From: Eledone cirrhosa
Lineage: Eukaryota
Assembly (NCBI GenBank): GCA_964016885.1
Contig: OZ024745.1
Span: 31,992,001 to 32,056,000 of the forward strand
Direction of reading: 5' to 3'
Length of the DNA stretch: 64,000 bases
The notes beneath the pieces are model-generated. The model had not been told where the DNA came from. It was given only the letters and a program-made list of their open reading frames with translations, and did not search any database. Position numbers and translations under genes: made by a program. Of the stretch, positions 52,088 to 64,000 are shown piece after piece (the first letter of the stretch is position 1; each line of letters opens with the position of its first letter).

Positions 52088-52201
52088 ACATCCTACTGTT
52101 CTTTCTCATCTCTGCCTACTAATATAAAAATATAGTTCCTATTAATCCAGTGCTTACATTATTCAATATTTTATTTTCCAGTATCAGCTTTGATTGATAT
52201 C

Positions 52202-52429
52202 TTAACTCCTTAGCATTTAAACCAGCCACATCTGGCCAGAATTCTCTCACCCTTTCTGTTCAAAGTAGCTGTAATCGACCGTTCATACTGATGTGAAGGT
52301 ATTCTTCACAAAATAAATGACATCAAAATCTCATAGATTCAATATTATGTGAGATAATTATATGAGATAAAGTGTTTACCACAAAAATACAATAGTAAAT
52401 ATAAAGTAATGTAAATGCTAAAAGGTTAA
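52202..52429. mobile_element. piggyBac-like MITE, second copy in inverted orientation
   Basis: TTAA-ctccttagcattta ... taaatgctaaaagg-TTAA; the interior is the reverse complement of 51875-52087. Confidence 0.8.
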
Positions 52430-52467
52430 GAAGCACTCAATCAAATCTGACTATATGATTTTTAAAA

Positions 52468-52810
52468 GAGTGGCTTAGTGGTTAGAGTGTCGGGCTTACA
52501 ATCATGAGGTTGTGAGTTCAATTCTTGGACCTGGCTTTGCATTGTGTTCTTGAGCAAGAGAGTTTATTTCACGTTGCTCCAGTTTACTCAGCTAAAGAAA
52601 TTAGTTGGGACATTACTGGTGCCAAGCTGTATCAGCCATTGTCTTTACCTTAGACAACATCGGTGGTATGGAGAGGGGAGATCAGTATGCATGGGCAACT
52701 GCTGGTCTTCTACATAAAACCTTGCCCAGACTTGTGCTTCGGAGGGAAACTTTCTAGGTGCAAATCTCATAGTCATTTGTGACCGAAGGGGGTCTTTACC
52801 TTACCTTTAC
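52468..52810 (+). mobile_element. Second tRNA-headed SINE family, full length
   Basis: A box gtggcttagtgg, B box gagttcaattc, tail tttacctttaccttta. Confidence 0.8.
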
Positions 52811-52887
52811 TGAGTAAATATGTTTGTTGTTCGGTTTTATTAATTTACTTTAAGTATAAAATGACTCTCATTATTTTTATTTTCTAG

Positions 52888-53097
52888 GCAAACACAATGT
52901 TTCGATTAGGTGACGCAAATGGAGCAGCAGAGGCTAACAATAAAGCCAGAACATTTATCAAAATATCAATTATTGTGGGTGTTTTCGCGATTCTTGCTTA
53001 CATTGGAATAGTAGTAGCAGTTATTACAACTGCATCTGCAACGACTAGTGAAATCTACGGTTCCAATGTGAACCACCGACTAAATGACTATAATTAG
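52888..53097 (+). CDS. CD225/dispanin-family gene, terminal coding exon
   Basis: Acceptor atttttattttctag, phase 0. Encodes ANTMFRLGDANGAAEANNKARTFIKISIIVGVFAILAYIGIVVAVI...DYN-stop, i.e. the CD225 GD-x-x-GA...KA[RK] loop followed by a transmembrane helix. AATAAA motifs follow near 53154 and 53203. Confidence 0.92.
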   Translation, partial: ANTMFRLGDANGAAEANNKARTFIKISIIVGVFAILAYIGIVVAVITTASATTSEIYGSNVNHRLNDYN

Positions 53098-53796
53098 TAA
53101 AGTAACAACAATTTTGTTCTTTTTTTGCATATTTTCATTTTTAATACTAATCGAATAAAATATTCTCAGAAATTTATTTTTAATATTTTAGGAACTTCAG
53201 TCAATAAATTATATATTGTATAATTTTTAGCCATTAAAGCACACACACTTTGAATTTATTATTTAGATTATACCATCAACATCTTTGTCTCCCTGTGTGC
53301 AACCTTGTCATTGACATAGTTCCAATATTCCATTCAGTATACTCAACCATTAGAACATTAGATACTGCCGTTTATTTTCTTTTTATAACCATTCCTTGCA
53401 TGAAGTTATCAAATATCCCAGGAAATTCTAAGTTCTTTAACATAATTATTACCCTATTTTCCCATATCTCAGTCATGTATAATGCTCACCCCATCTAGTT
53501 TTGGTGTATAACATTTAGTTATGGTGTATACAACGCACCCCACAAAACAAACAAGGAAAAAAGTGGGAAAAACTGTACTGTATACACGGAAGAATACGGT
53601 AAGCAAAATATATTAAAAAAAAGGTTTCCTTGCTTTCTAAAATGTTACTTTTTAGTCATTAAGTATTAGATACATAACCCACTTTAATTAGTCTGAACTA
53701 GATATGAATCACACACAAATTAGTTATACAAATAATGGAATAGAATACACAAAAATTCACAAATGCAGCTACATGTCATCACAGTATATTTTAGAT

Positions 53797-54478
53797 CAGC
53801 AGTCACCAATCTTTATGTACTATGGACCGGTGTCATGGAAGACAATTTCTCCATGGACCAATGGGAAGGGTCTGTGTCAGTCACAATCACAACAAAACAC
53901 AATAAACAATACAGTGCATATTATATAATTTTATTATTAATTAAATTATTACATTTATACTGTAAATGGGACTCAATATAATGCAGACTCAACTTAACAT
54001 AAGATAGACTCAACTTAATATAAGGTAGACTCAACTCAATATAAGGCAGACTCAACTTAACATAAGGTAGACACGACTCAACATAAGGTAGACTCAACTC
54101 AATATAAGGTAGACTCAACTTAACATAAGGTAGATTCAACTTAACATACGGTAGACTCAACTCAACATAAGGTAGACTCAACTCAGCATATGGTAGACTC
54201 AACTCAATATAATGCAGACTCAAGTTAACATAAGGTAGACTCAACTCAACATAAGGTAGACTCAACTCAATATAAGGTAGACTCAACTTAACATAAGGTA
54301 GACTCGACTCAATATAAGGTAGACTCAACTTAATATAAGATAGACTCAACTTAACATAAGGTACACTCAACTCAATATAAGGTAGACCACAATAATAAAT
54401 AAAATGGAAAAAAAGTTTTTATCCTTTCTGTGCAACCTGGTACCAAATGGTCCACTGACCAGTGGTTGAGGACTGCTG
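53797..54478. mobile_element. hAT-like MITE carrying a 21-bp minisatellite
   Basis: TIRs cagcagtc.../...gactgctg; 8-bp TSD ttttagat/ttttaaat (7 of 8 match). Confidence 0.75.
53968..54388. repeat. 21-bp tandem repeat, ~20 copies
   Basis: Unit ataaggtagactcaactcaac and variants. Confidence 0.95.
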
Positions 54479-55684
54479 TTTTAAATTATAGTAATTATAA
54501 CGGTTATTAGTGCAAACTACTAATTAATACCAACCACACTTTATTTCCCACCATTAACTTCAAGTTTGATATTGGATTCAATATTTCTCTGATCATCTCT
54601 TAGAAGATGGAGTACATAGCCAACATAAATAATTTTATTATATTTTAATGTTTTTATTGAATTTTACCATGGGTTTTTTTTTTGTTTTGTTTTTTCATTT
54701 CAATACCATATCTGAAAATAATCTCTTCTCGTAAATTCTTTTCTGTCTCAACTAATGTATTTTATGATAAAATAATAGCTGCTTAATATTTGCAAACAAA
54801 TTGTAAATCACCTTGTTTATGAAATATGATTAACATCCAATGAAATAAAATATTTTCTTTACTAAAAATTGTTGTGGTTTTGTATAATATTATGTGTGGA
54901 CCTTGTGTTTATGTTATAAATTAATATTGTTGTTATTACTACTACTATTATTAAGATGGTGGATTAGCAGAGCATCGGACAACATGCTTTACTGCATATA
55001 GTTGATAAAATTGCTGGCCTTGTCCCCAAAGTAGAAACGATTATTGTTAGCTTGTTGGATTGACAGAATAGTTAGAGTGTATTACGATATTTATTTCAGT
55101 TCTTCAAGTTCTGAGTTCAAATCCTGGAGTTAACTAGGGTCTATAAAATAAAGGACCAGACAAGTATAATTTTGGGAGCCCTCCCACCGACAGCATTTTA
55201 GGAAATCTAGAAGTATATCGGTCTCCTCTTTGCCTTTTCCTCAATGAATTCCTTAGACAAGAAACTATGTTTTTTCTTTTTTTTTGAGTGTTTGTTTGTT
55301 TTTCTTTGGCTGCAGCTAATCCATGTGTACTGCTTCACTCGAGTAATATTAGCAATGCTGCAGTTGCTGCTGTTATAATTTGCACGATCATCATTCTATT
55401 CATTTGTATCTGTTAAATTGCAAATATCTGTGTTGATAATTATGTCTACCTGTTTAATTGCCATGAGAGTTTTCTGTTAATCATTTATTTTTTTAAACTT
55501 TGTTTTGATTACAAAATTAAATTTGGAAATGTATTAGTTGCAACGACGTTTGTAGAGAACATCTCTTTCCGGCTTCCAAGAAGCTTTATATATTTTTTTA
55601 CAAGCTTGATTCGTCCATCCGTAACGAAAATAATTATATACTAATTGCAGAATCATTTTTACACTGTTTAATGTTTATTTATAG

Positions 55685-56360
55685 TAATAATTGTTTCTAC
55701 TTTAGGCACAAGGCCAGCAATTACTCAGTACATTACTGGTACTTTTTTTTATCGACCACGTAAGGATGAAAGGCAAAGTTAACCTCGACGGGATTTGAAC
55801 TCAAACCGTAAAGGGACGTAACTATGCTAGAAAGCATATAGTAATAATTGTTTCTACTTTAGGCACAAGGCCAGCAATTATCTCAGTGTATTACTGGTAC
55901 TTTATTTTATTGACCCCGTAAGGATGAAAGGCAAAGTTAACCTCGGCAGGATTTGAACAATAATGATTTCTAATTTAAGCACAAAGTCAGTAATTTAAGG
56001 AGTCAATCAAATGGACCTCATTACTTGACTAGTACATTTGTTATCGATCCCGGAAAGATAAAAGGCAAAGTTGACCTCATGAGAATTTGAAGTGAAAATG
56101 TAAAGATCCAAAAGAAATAATGTGACATCTTGCCCAGCATTCTAACCATTCTACCTCCAACCCACTTTCAATGTTTTCTAGCATAGGCACAGTGCCAGAA
56201 ATTTCAGAGAGAAGAGAAAATCGATTATATTGATCTCAGTACTTACTGACACTTTGTTTTATCGATTCTGGAAGGATGAAAGGCAAAGTTGACTTCGGTG
56301 GATTTGAATTCTGAATATAAAGAGCTGGAACAAATGCCCCCAACAAATCCACTGCCCATA
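55685..56360 (-). mobile_element. Cluster of about four SINE copies on the minus strand
   Basis: Repeated attgtttctactttaggcacaaggccagcaatt...aaggatgaaaggcaaagttaacctcg blocks. Confidence 0.8.
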
Positions 56361-56559
56361 TTCATAGTACTGTAATAATGTTAATACAATTCCGGTTATA
56401 CATACATCAGTACAACATTAAATTTAAAATCTAAACTCATTTATGTGTGGAAATCAGATTTTTATTTTAATCAGAAAATTGATATTTTCAAATCCGTGTG
56501 TTTTCCATATTGGAATGTTTTTCAAATATGGGTTGAAAGTGTTATAAAAACCAGTGGAT

Positions 56560-57200
56560 GTAGAATCAGTTAGCTGGAATTTGCAGACGACATGGTGCTA
56601 TATAACTTGTTGAAGGGTGATCTCCGACATGCATTTAATAAGTTTGCTGTTGAGTGTTGCACAACAGGAATGAAAATCAATGCTGCGAAGATTGAGACAT
56701 TCGTCCACTCAAGACAGCCAAAGCAGTGCATTCTACATGTAAGCGGAGTTTACAGAAGAAGGTGGGGAAGTTGAAGTATCTTAGGGTCTTTTTCAGAAGT
56801 GATGGAAGACAGGAGGCTGAATTAAATGCAATTATTGCAGGAACTGATGCAGTAATGCACCAGCATCGACACTTGGTCATCGGAAGAAGGGAAGTAGGTA
56901 TAAAAGTCAAACTCGTTGCCTACCCTTACATATGGTCATGAATCCTGGGTAATGACAGAAAGGATATAATCGTAAATAAAAGCGGTCAAAGGGTCTTTCG
57001 AGTAATGTTACACGACAAGGTGCGTAGATCAGAGCTCCGATACTACATGGAGTTAAAATGTCTGAGAAAAGAATTACTGGACAGATATTACGGGCAAAAC
57101 CAAACAACAGGAGACTGAGAGAGAGACACCGAGCAAGATGGTCGCGGTTGGAGATTCAGCCGGATCATTTGAAGGAATAAGTGGACGAAGACGAAGTGTG
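56560..57200 (+). mobile_element. Decayed RTE-like RT 3' fragment
   Basis: FADDMVL, GMKINAAK.E, KYLRV.F.SDG, and a YG.ESW-like remnant. Confidence 0.65.
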
Positions 57201-57476
57201 AAAGAATGAGAAAAAAAAGGTAGAGTAATAAATATACTCACAAAATATTTACGACTAGATAGATAGATAGATAGATAGGGGGGAGTAGATAGGTCAATAT
57301 AAAGACAGATTGCCAGATAGGTAGGAAGACAGATAGATAGATTTCTTTATTTGCCACAAGGGCACACAAGAAATGGGACATTACAAGACATGGGACGGAG
57401 GTTTTATATGGAAGCGTGTAAATAAATTTAACAATTATAAAATAGAATAAACAATCGAAATCCCCAATAGGTCTGT

Positions 57477-57522
<46 letters not shown>

Positions 57523-59094
57523 ATTCATAACAGACAACAAAATCAACAAGCATATCTTTGTGATTTGAACTTGTGACTTTTGTGGGCTATTTCAAAAAGT
57601 GGTCATCCTTCTTATCCATCTCTCTCTCTCTCTCTCTGTTTAAAAAAAAGGAAGCTTCTTGTTAAAAGATCTACGTATTTCTCCAGCTTTTGAATATTTC
57701 TTTGGTTGTTGTTTTGCTGCCATCCCATGTGATAATGTAGGGGTTGAATTTTGGAACCTAACCACTCCTTCTTCTTCTTCTTCTTCTTCTTCTTCTTCAC
57801 CCACTTATTCCTCAGAGGGTCGTGGGGACAGAGTCCTCAAACACTCCTTCCAACGGATCCTGTCAGGAGCAACCATTTCCAACTGATCTGGCTGGATCCC
57901 CCAAGCGAGACCAGCCGAAATCATCGATGTTAATCCAACCATCTTTCTCGGAGTCTATCCCTGAGTCTCCTGCCAGTTGGTTTTGCCCGTAAAACCTAAC
58001 CTTTGCAGTAAAATATAGTTTGAAAAGTTATTAATATAACATCAACAAATAGGTTATTAATAAATGCTTTTATTTTTGTGAAATTTATTAGAAAGATGAA
58101 GAAGATCGGTACTTCTTCAATATGGGTTGTTGGTAAACAACTTCTTCAACATGAATTATTGGTAAACAGAAATTTGATGGGTTGATTAGAAAAGGTTCGC
58201 TAGTCTTACCCTTTGCTCATGGATTAGATTAAGCTGCTTTATATGAGACCGAAATCTCAGTAACACATTCACTCCTTACATCCTAGTTGCTACGATGGAG
58301 AGGGAAAATCAACTACTGAAATACCGTGATTTTTCTTCTTTTTTTAGGGGGCGGGGTGCTCAAGTGTTCAGGGGCAACTGGGCCTCTGACAACGAAGTTC
58401 TTGTCAATGTTGATTACTCGTTTTACTGAAGTATCAGATGATGTTCGTGAAGATGATTGACTATACCAATGTCTCGTTATGATGTGACTACCTTGGCTTA
58501 CCTCAAAACGTTTTATCGGAAACAGCATTATCTGGCTATCGAGTACAATTGAATGAGCATGTATTATATATTTCCCTTTTTTCATTTTTTTTTTTTTCCT
58601 ATTTATTTGTTTCTTTTGCAAATCACAAATATATTCCTAATGAAATAAACTCTGTTTTAATTAATTAATGAAAAATTTTGAAGTATTTAGTAAAATGATT
58701 AATTATTTCATTACTAATATAGTAATTTAACACATTCCCATATAAAATCGTGTTGAAAGATGTTAATTTAAATAGAAACCGTTTGAAATGGGTGGTTTTA
58801 TTTCGTAGAACCTGAGTCGGTTTTGGCAGGGCTGTGTATGTATGCATGTATGTATTCGTACAGCGATAACTGCAAGGATTTTTGTATGAATCTAGTAATA
58901 TCAGAAGAGCTTATAGTCTCATGATTACTAAGAAAATTGTGGTTATTTTTAGAAGTACTGTTAAGTTGCCAGGATAATAATCACCATAATTATTACCACC
59001 AAACCAATTATAATACCATATTTGATAAACTTTTTGATTGATTCATTTCTTCTCGTGGCTTCTATTATCTTTCTGCCCGCAGGTGCAGTGTTCT

Positions 59095-59590
59095 CCTGAA
59101 ATAACAACGAGAAGTGGTATAAGCCAGAGTCGGTGATAGAAAACGATCAAGTGAAGGTGCTATGGGATTTCAGGATACAGACAGACAAAAAATTAGAACA
59201 CAATAAGCCTGACCTGATGGTTTTTGACAAGGAAAAAAGATCGTGCTTGGTTGTAGATGTAGCCTGCCCCTTTGACACAAGAGTGCAAGAAAAGAAGGAA
59301 AAAATTAACCAATACCAGGATTTAAAGTGGGAATGAAAAAGGATTTGAGATCAATGTCGTCCCGATTGTCATAGGAGCACTAGGTACTATCTCGAAGAGT
59401 TTTCAAGGATGGTTAAAGAATATTAGTCCAGCCCCTTTTTTGAAACACTTCAAAAGGCATGCTTGCTGGGAACAGCAAGAACCCTCCGAATATCTGAGGT
59501 TGCAGGTAGCGGCTTGGTGTTCATTTGAACAAACTTTCCAGTTAAATAACATCAATGACTGAAACTCCAAGAAAATCATAATAATAATAA
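59095..59590 (+). mobile_element. 3' end of an RLE-type (R4/Dong-like) non-LTR element
   Basis: ENDQVKVLWDFRIQTDKKLEHNKPDLMVFDK...VDVACPFD (PD-D/ExK endonuclease), then PIVIGALG; (ATA)n tail. Confidence 0.85.
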
Positions 59591-59770
59591 TTGTTTCTAC
59601 TCCTGGCACAAGGCCAGCAAATACTCCACTGCATTACTGGTACTTTATTTTATCGACCCCGTAAGGATGAAAGGCAACGTTAACCTCGGCGGGATTTGAA
59701 CTCAGAACGTAAAGGGCCATAACTCTATGCTGCAAAGCATGGTATCTGACGCTCTACCGATACTGCCAAA
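59590..59770 (-). mobile_element. tRNA-derived SINE
   Basis: Reverse complement of the family consensus. Confidence 0.85.
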
Positions 59771-60425
59771 GGCATACTATATACTAATTAGACTACTACT
59801 TGCAAAAGCTACGGTCACCCTGACCACCAGAACAAATTCCCCCTCCCAGTTATCCTCTTCCTATTTACAGGCACACACCGGCGAATAGGGCCGAGATTAC
59901 GAGCAGACGACCGAATCTGATGCGCGCGAGACACGACAATGGTGGCGCCATCGCCTAGAACGTGCTTTTTGCTTGACACTGCTATTACTTTATGAAACAT
60001 AGGAACCGCTAGCTTTACGGCCATTGCGGCACAAACAAGCTCAACATCTTTTCGACAGATTTTCCAGTAATAAAGCACAAGCAACACAATTTCTACATTG
60101 TTGTACACAGTAGCGGACTGGCCAGGTTGCCAGTTGCCCAATGGCAAGTGGGCCCCAGGGGGCCCACGGTAGCATTGCAAGAGCCCACAGTAACATTGCA
60201 GGGCCAATGCTTTGCTTTCAAAAAATACCTGAAATCTAAGAGAAAGAATAAAATTTGTTTTTAAATAAATAAAACAATTAAGCAAAGCATTTGGTCAACC
60301 AATTCCCCCGGGAATTACTAGAAACCAAAATATACGTTAGTGCATATAGCTGGAATCAGTGGTTGTACATTCTACTAAATCGAAAGCTTAGTGTATTCAT
60401 TCATGCATGCAAGCATACATATATA

Positions 60426-60840
60426 CGAGGGCAATCCCAAAAGTAAGGTCTCCTTCCGATATTGCAACTTTTCTGTTAAAATCCTGTGGATGGTGCTGCG
60501 GGAAACCTCAGGAACCAAAATGCAGAGAGCATCCAGAGTGATCTGCCGATCTTTACGCATGTTTTCCTTGGAAGGAGACCTTATGTTTTGGATTGCCCTC
60601 TATATAATAACTGCGCGAAATTCGCACTTGGCGGTAGCGTTCAACGGGAGCTCCATTCTCAACGGCTGCCAAGCCAAGATTGAGCATCCCAGCAAAAATG
60701 TTATTTATCCATTATAAAGCGTGCGCATGCTTGTTTGGGAGTGAAGGAAGCACCAATCACAACAGTGTTACCAACAGCCGTACGGACATTTTCTCTGCGT
60801 CCCCATCGCTTTGGAGACCTTACTTTTGGGATTACCCTGG
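60426..60840 (-). mobile_element. Mariner-derived deletion element/MITE
   Basis: TA-cgagggcaatcccaaaagtaaggtctcc ... ggagaccttacttttgggattaccctgg-TA. Transposase HTH remnant RKDRQITLDAL...VSRSTIHRILTEKLQYRK; an extra internal TIR at 60574-60600. Confidence 0.85.
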
Positions 60841-60965
60841 TATATATAGAGGGGGGGGGAGAAATGAGGTGCGACAGAAAGGAAACATGGATTACAGGTT
60901 ACAATATAATCTAGATATATGTAAAACAAAACGAGGATCGAGTTTATGGAACACCCAAATAATTT

Positions 60966-61414
60966 AGAAGCCGACCTTAAGTAGGAGCAATAACGTTAAG
61001 AAAGACATGAACGACACCACAACACTTTTTTTTTTTATTTTGAAAGTAGGTTTATAAGTATGAATTTTCATAAGATTTTCGTAGTTGTCTCTGTGGCCTA
61101 GCGGTAGGTACTAGAGACGATGGAGATCCTGGCCTTGGGTTCAATCCTGGTTAATAAGTACATGTAACCTTTTTTCAGTTTTTATTTTACAACCAATAGA
61201 AAAAAAACTGAAAAGGTTTACCGGGAACCCTACTCCCAACCAGGATCGAACTTCAGGCCAGGATCACCACCGTCTATGATTTCTCGAACTAGGCCACCGA
61301 GACAGCTACAAAAGTATAATGAAAATTAAACCTACTTTCAAAATCAAAGTTTAAAAGATGTGGTGTCGTTCATGGCTTTCCTAGAGCTATTAGTAATATT
61401 TAGGGTCGACTTCT
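60966..61414. mobile_element. Fold-back element with a tRNA-like segment in each arm
   Basis: 60966-61152 is the imperfect reverse complement of 61238-61414; the arms carry A-box and B-box-like motifs. Confidence 0.75.
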
Positions 61415-61418
61415 GGTC

Positions 61419-61650
61419 ATTATTGAAAGTCTCTGGATTTCGCAAAATACATATTTTTTATTGGAGAAGGTAAGATATTTTTCAGCACGTTTTGTTTCCA
61501 CTTATGTGTTTTTGAAAGTCTCTGGATTTCAGCAACGTTTTGTTTCCACTTATGTATTATTGAAAGTCTCTGGATTTCGCAAAATACATATTTTTTATTA
61601 GAGAAGGTAAGATATTTTTCAGCACGTTTTGTTTCCACTTATGTATTTTT
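61419..61650. repeat. Short tandem duplication (~135 bp period with an internal partial unit)
   Basis: ttattgaaagtctctggatttcgcaaaatacatatttttt...ttcagcacgttttgtttccacttatg occurs twice. Confidence 0.85.
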
Positions 61651-63842
61651 CGAAAATGTTATTTATTCATTATAAAGATTAAATGATAGCATTCTATATG
61701 TGGGTGGGCCCCCTTCATCTCCTGGCAACCAATATTTTTAGACCCCGTCCGCCACTGGTTGTACAGCAATTGAATGTATCCCTTTTTATTTTTTTCGTGG
61801 GGTGAGGGGGCAGTTACCAAGATAGCTTTTAGTATGTTGCCTTGCTTTCGAATTTCTTCAGCAATTATTGTCTGTTGGAAGAAAATATATAGCTGATTTT
61901 AATGACGAAACTGTACAAATACATATAGCTCAAAGCGCATATGTATATTTTTTAACTGAAAAAATAAAGACTACAGTATTTGTAGTGAACCCATGTCACT
62001 TGAAAATGAAACATTCCACTTCACAGTGATAATTGCAATTCCATCATGACCTCATGTCATTTAAACAAACTTGAGACTCTATTTAATTAACCAAGAATGC
62101 ATAGAGTATCTTCATATAGAGAAAATGTAACAGGGAAAATTTTATCAGTTGGAGAATACGATATTATAAACAAAACAAAACGAAAATCTTGCTTTTTTTT
62201 AAATCACAGTCGTAATAGCTAATTTTTGTCTGACGGAGTGTACAACTTCTAAAATCGCTGCACAAATGGATTTTTAGGAACAGTATCGAAGTTAATTGCT
62301 TAAGAGGTAAACTGCTTATTCTTTAAACTTTTTTGTAATGTCTACACCAGAGATGGAGAAGCTTTTTATATTGGAAGGCTCCATTGAAATTAACCGACCG
62401 CCAATGATGTCACACTTTGAAAAAGATTGTCCCATCAAACTTCAGTTATTTTACCAAATAGAATTACAAATTTAAATAAAATAATATAATTGCTGCTGTT
62501 GTTTTTGTTTTCTACGAATCATAATTCGCTGAAAAGATAGGCGTTAAATGAAACCAGCAAAAATATATTCCAATATGAAGGTTTGCTTTCGAACGTTGTG
62601 CTTCTTTCGGAAGGCCATATGCGACCTTAAGATCACAGGATCCCTGCCCCTAGCGAACAGATAAAGATCTTAATATCATTGCTGCTATGTCACGTAAAGA
62701 GGGACTAGTCTTGATTAAATTTCATCCTTGTGTGCCTAATACACAGTTTGAAAAGGCTATTCGGCATTTCCAAGTACAGAAATACATTCAACAATGTATC
62801 TATACACCACGGCATAGAAATTTCTATCGCAGATATCCACATCAGCTTTTGATACATTTTTCCTGTTTATAATATACACTGAAATCGGAATTTTCCCAAG
62901 CAGACATTCCAACGAAAGTCGCAATTAATCCTGTTGCTGTATCAACACACAAAAATAATATTCTCAGAAAATCAACATTAGGTACTATTGCCATGCTTGT
63001 CCATGAAAATAAACTGGAAGGTATTATAAACATAGGCGTTTTTTGCCTTGTTGCTTGACTAATGAAATTTGTAATTAACCAGGTAAATACACATTGTTAA
63101 CAGTACACATGACGTTATAATGCTATTTTTCTATTAAATAAATCTTCTTGTGCACCTCCTTCTTATCAGCACTTATTTCATGCAATCTGTTCATCTCCCA
63201 GAACCTTATAATCAATTCCTTTTGTGTTAAACTTCTTTTGAAATTGCTACTCTCACTTAGAATTTGTAAACTCTAATTTTTAAATCTTTAATCTCACTTT
63301 GGACTGATATGTCTTCACTTGGAATCACAGGTGATGTGCTATGAAGGCCAACAGCGGCAGTTGAGATACAAGAGGCACACAGGGGTTATGCTAAGTGAAA
63401 ATCGCTGGGTATTAAATGGTTTACATGCCAGACTTGTTTGTTATTTCAGCAGTTGTCTAGGACAACAGTCAGTAAACTGTATGAAATGAGGGAGGTTGAA
63501 ATGAGTTGAAGGCTGCGATCAAGCGATGTGAGACCTCACTGATAAGTTCGAGCACAAAACTGTCATATGCAGAGTTGCTGGCAAAGTAGTTGATGTTTGT
63601 AATTATCGTCAGTAAACAGAAACCTGTACGATTCCCGGCATCATATATACATTGTTGTTGCTGTTGTTGTTGTTAGCTGAAGCTCAGCCTGATTGAGTAG
63701 AAATGTAGTCATTCTTCCTGTTTTCTAGGCCAATGCATCTAGAACTACATTTTACAATGTGTCCTTCTTTTTCTAAGTCTTTAGGTTATTATTTGATATA
63801 AATTTCGCTGTTATTTCTACCAGATCGAAGAACCACATAGAG

Positions 63843-64000
63843 CAGTGGTTTTCAAACCGTGCGCCGTGTCGTGAGATGTAACTCGATACACCGCAAAAAA
63901 CTACGATTAAGTTTTAAGATGTGAAAAAACAATTATGGAGAAGTTAAGAAATTGGAGGAAAACCTTACTAACCTGTTGCGGTGAAGCTTCTGGCTGGTCG
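63843..64000. mobile_element. Start of a hAT-like element (runs off the window)
   Basis: cagtggttttcaaac resembles a hAT/Charlie terminus; the other end is not visible. Confidence 0.4.

Noticed and set aside
53921-54370. 149-aa heptad-repeat ORF (LSLPYVE)n
   Set aside because: It is a by-product of a 21-bp minisatellite inside a MITE, with no ATG start or splice support.

Overview
Eukaryotic, AT-rich, repeat-dominated DNA. The SINE, RTE, Penelope and microsatellite landscape looks cephalopod (octopus-like); this is an inference. One host gene is supported: a + strand CD225/dispanin (IFITM/PRRT1-like) membrane protein with three GT-AG coding exons (30932-31158, 38552-38668, 52888-53097) and an unlocated upstream exon. 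The rest is mostly transposable elements: a young Penelope-like element with an open RT + GIY-YIG frame and inverted terminal duplication, a decayed Penelope, RTE, CR1 and RLE-type LINE fragments, Helitron-like elements, MITEs and many tRNA-derived SINEs. There is also a 5-9 kb tandem duplication carrying copy-specific insertions. The most notable signals are (1) about ten type I hammerhead ribozyme motifs, several inside long fold-back palindromes and several on the sense strand of the gene's introns; (2) a 4.5 kb, 41-bp satellite with higher-order structure that grew inside an RTE endonuclease motif; and (3) a fold-back element with two inward-facing tRNA-like heads. All folds and alignments were done by eye; no searches were run.
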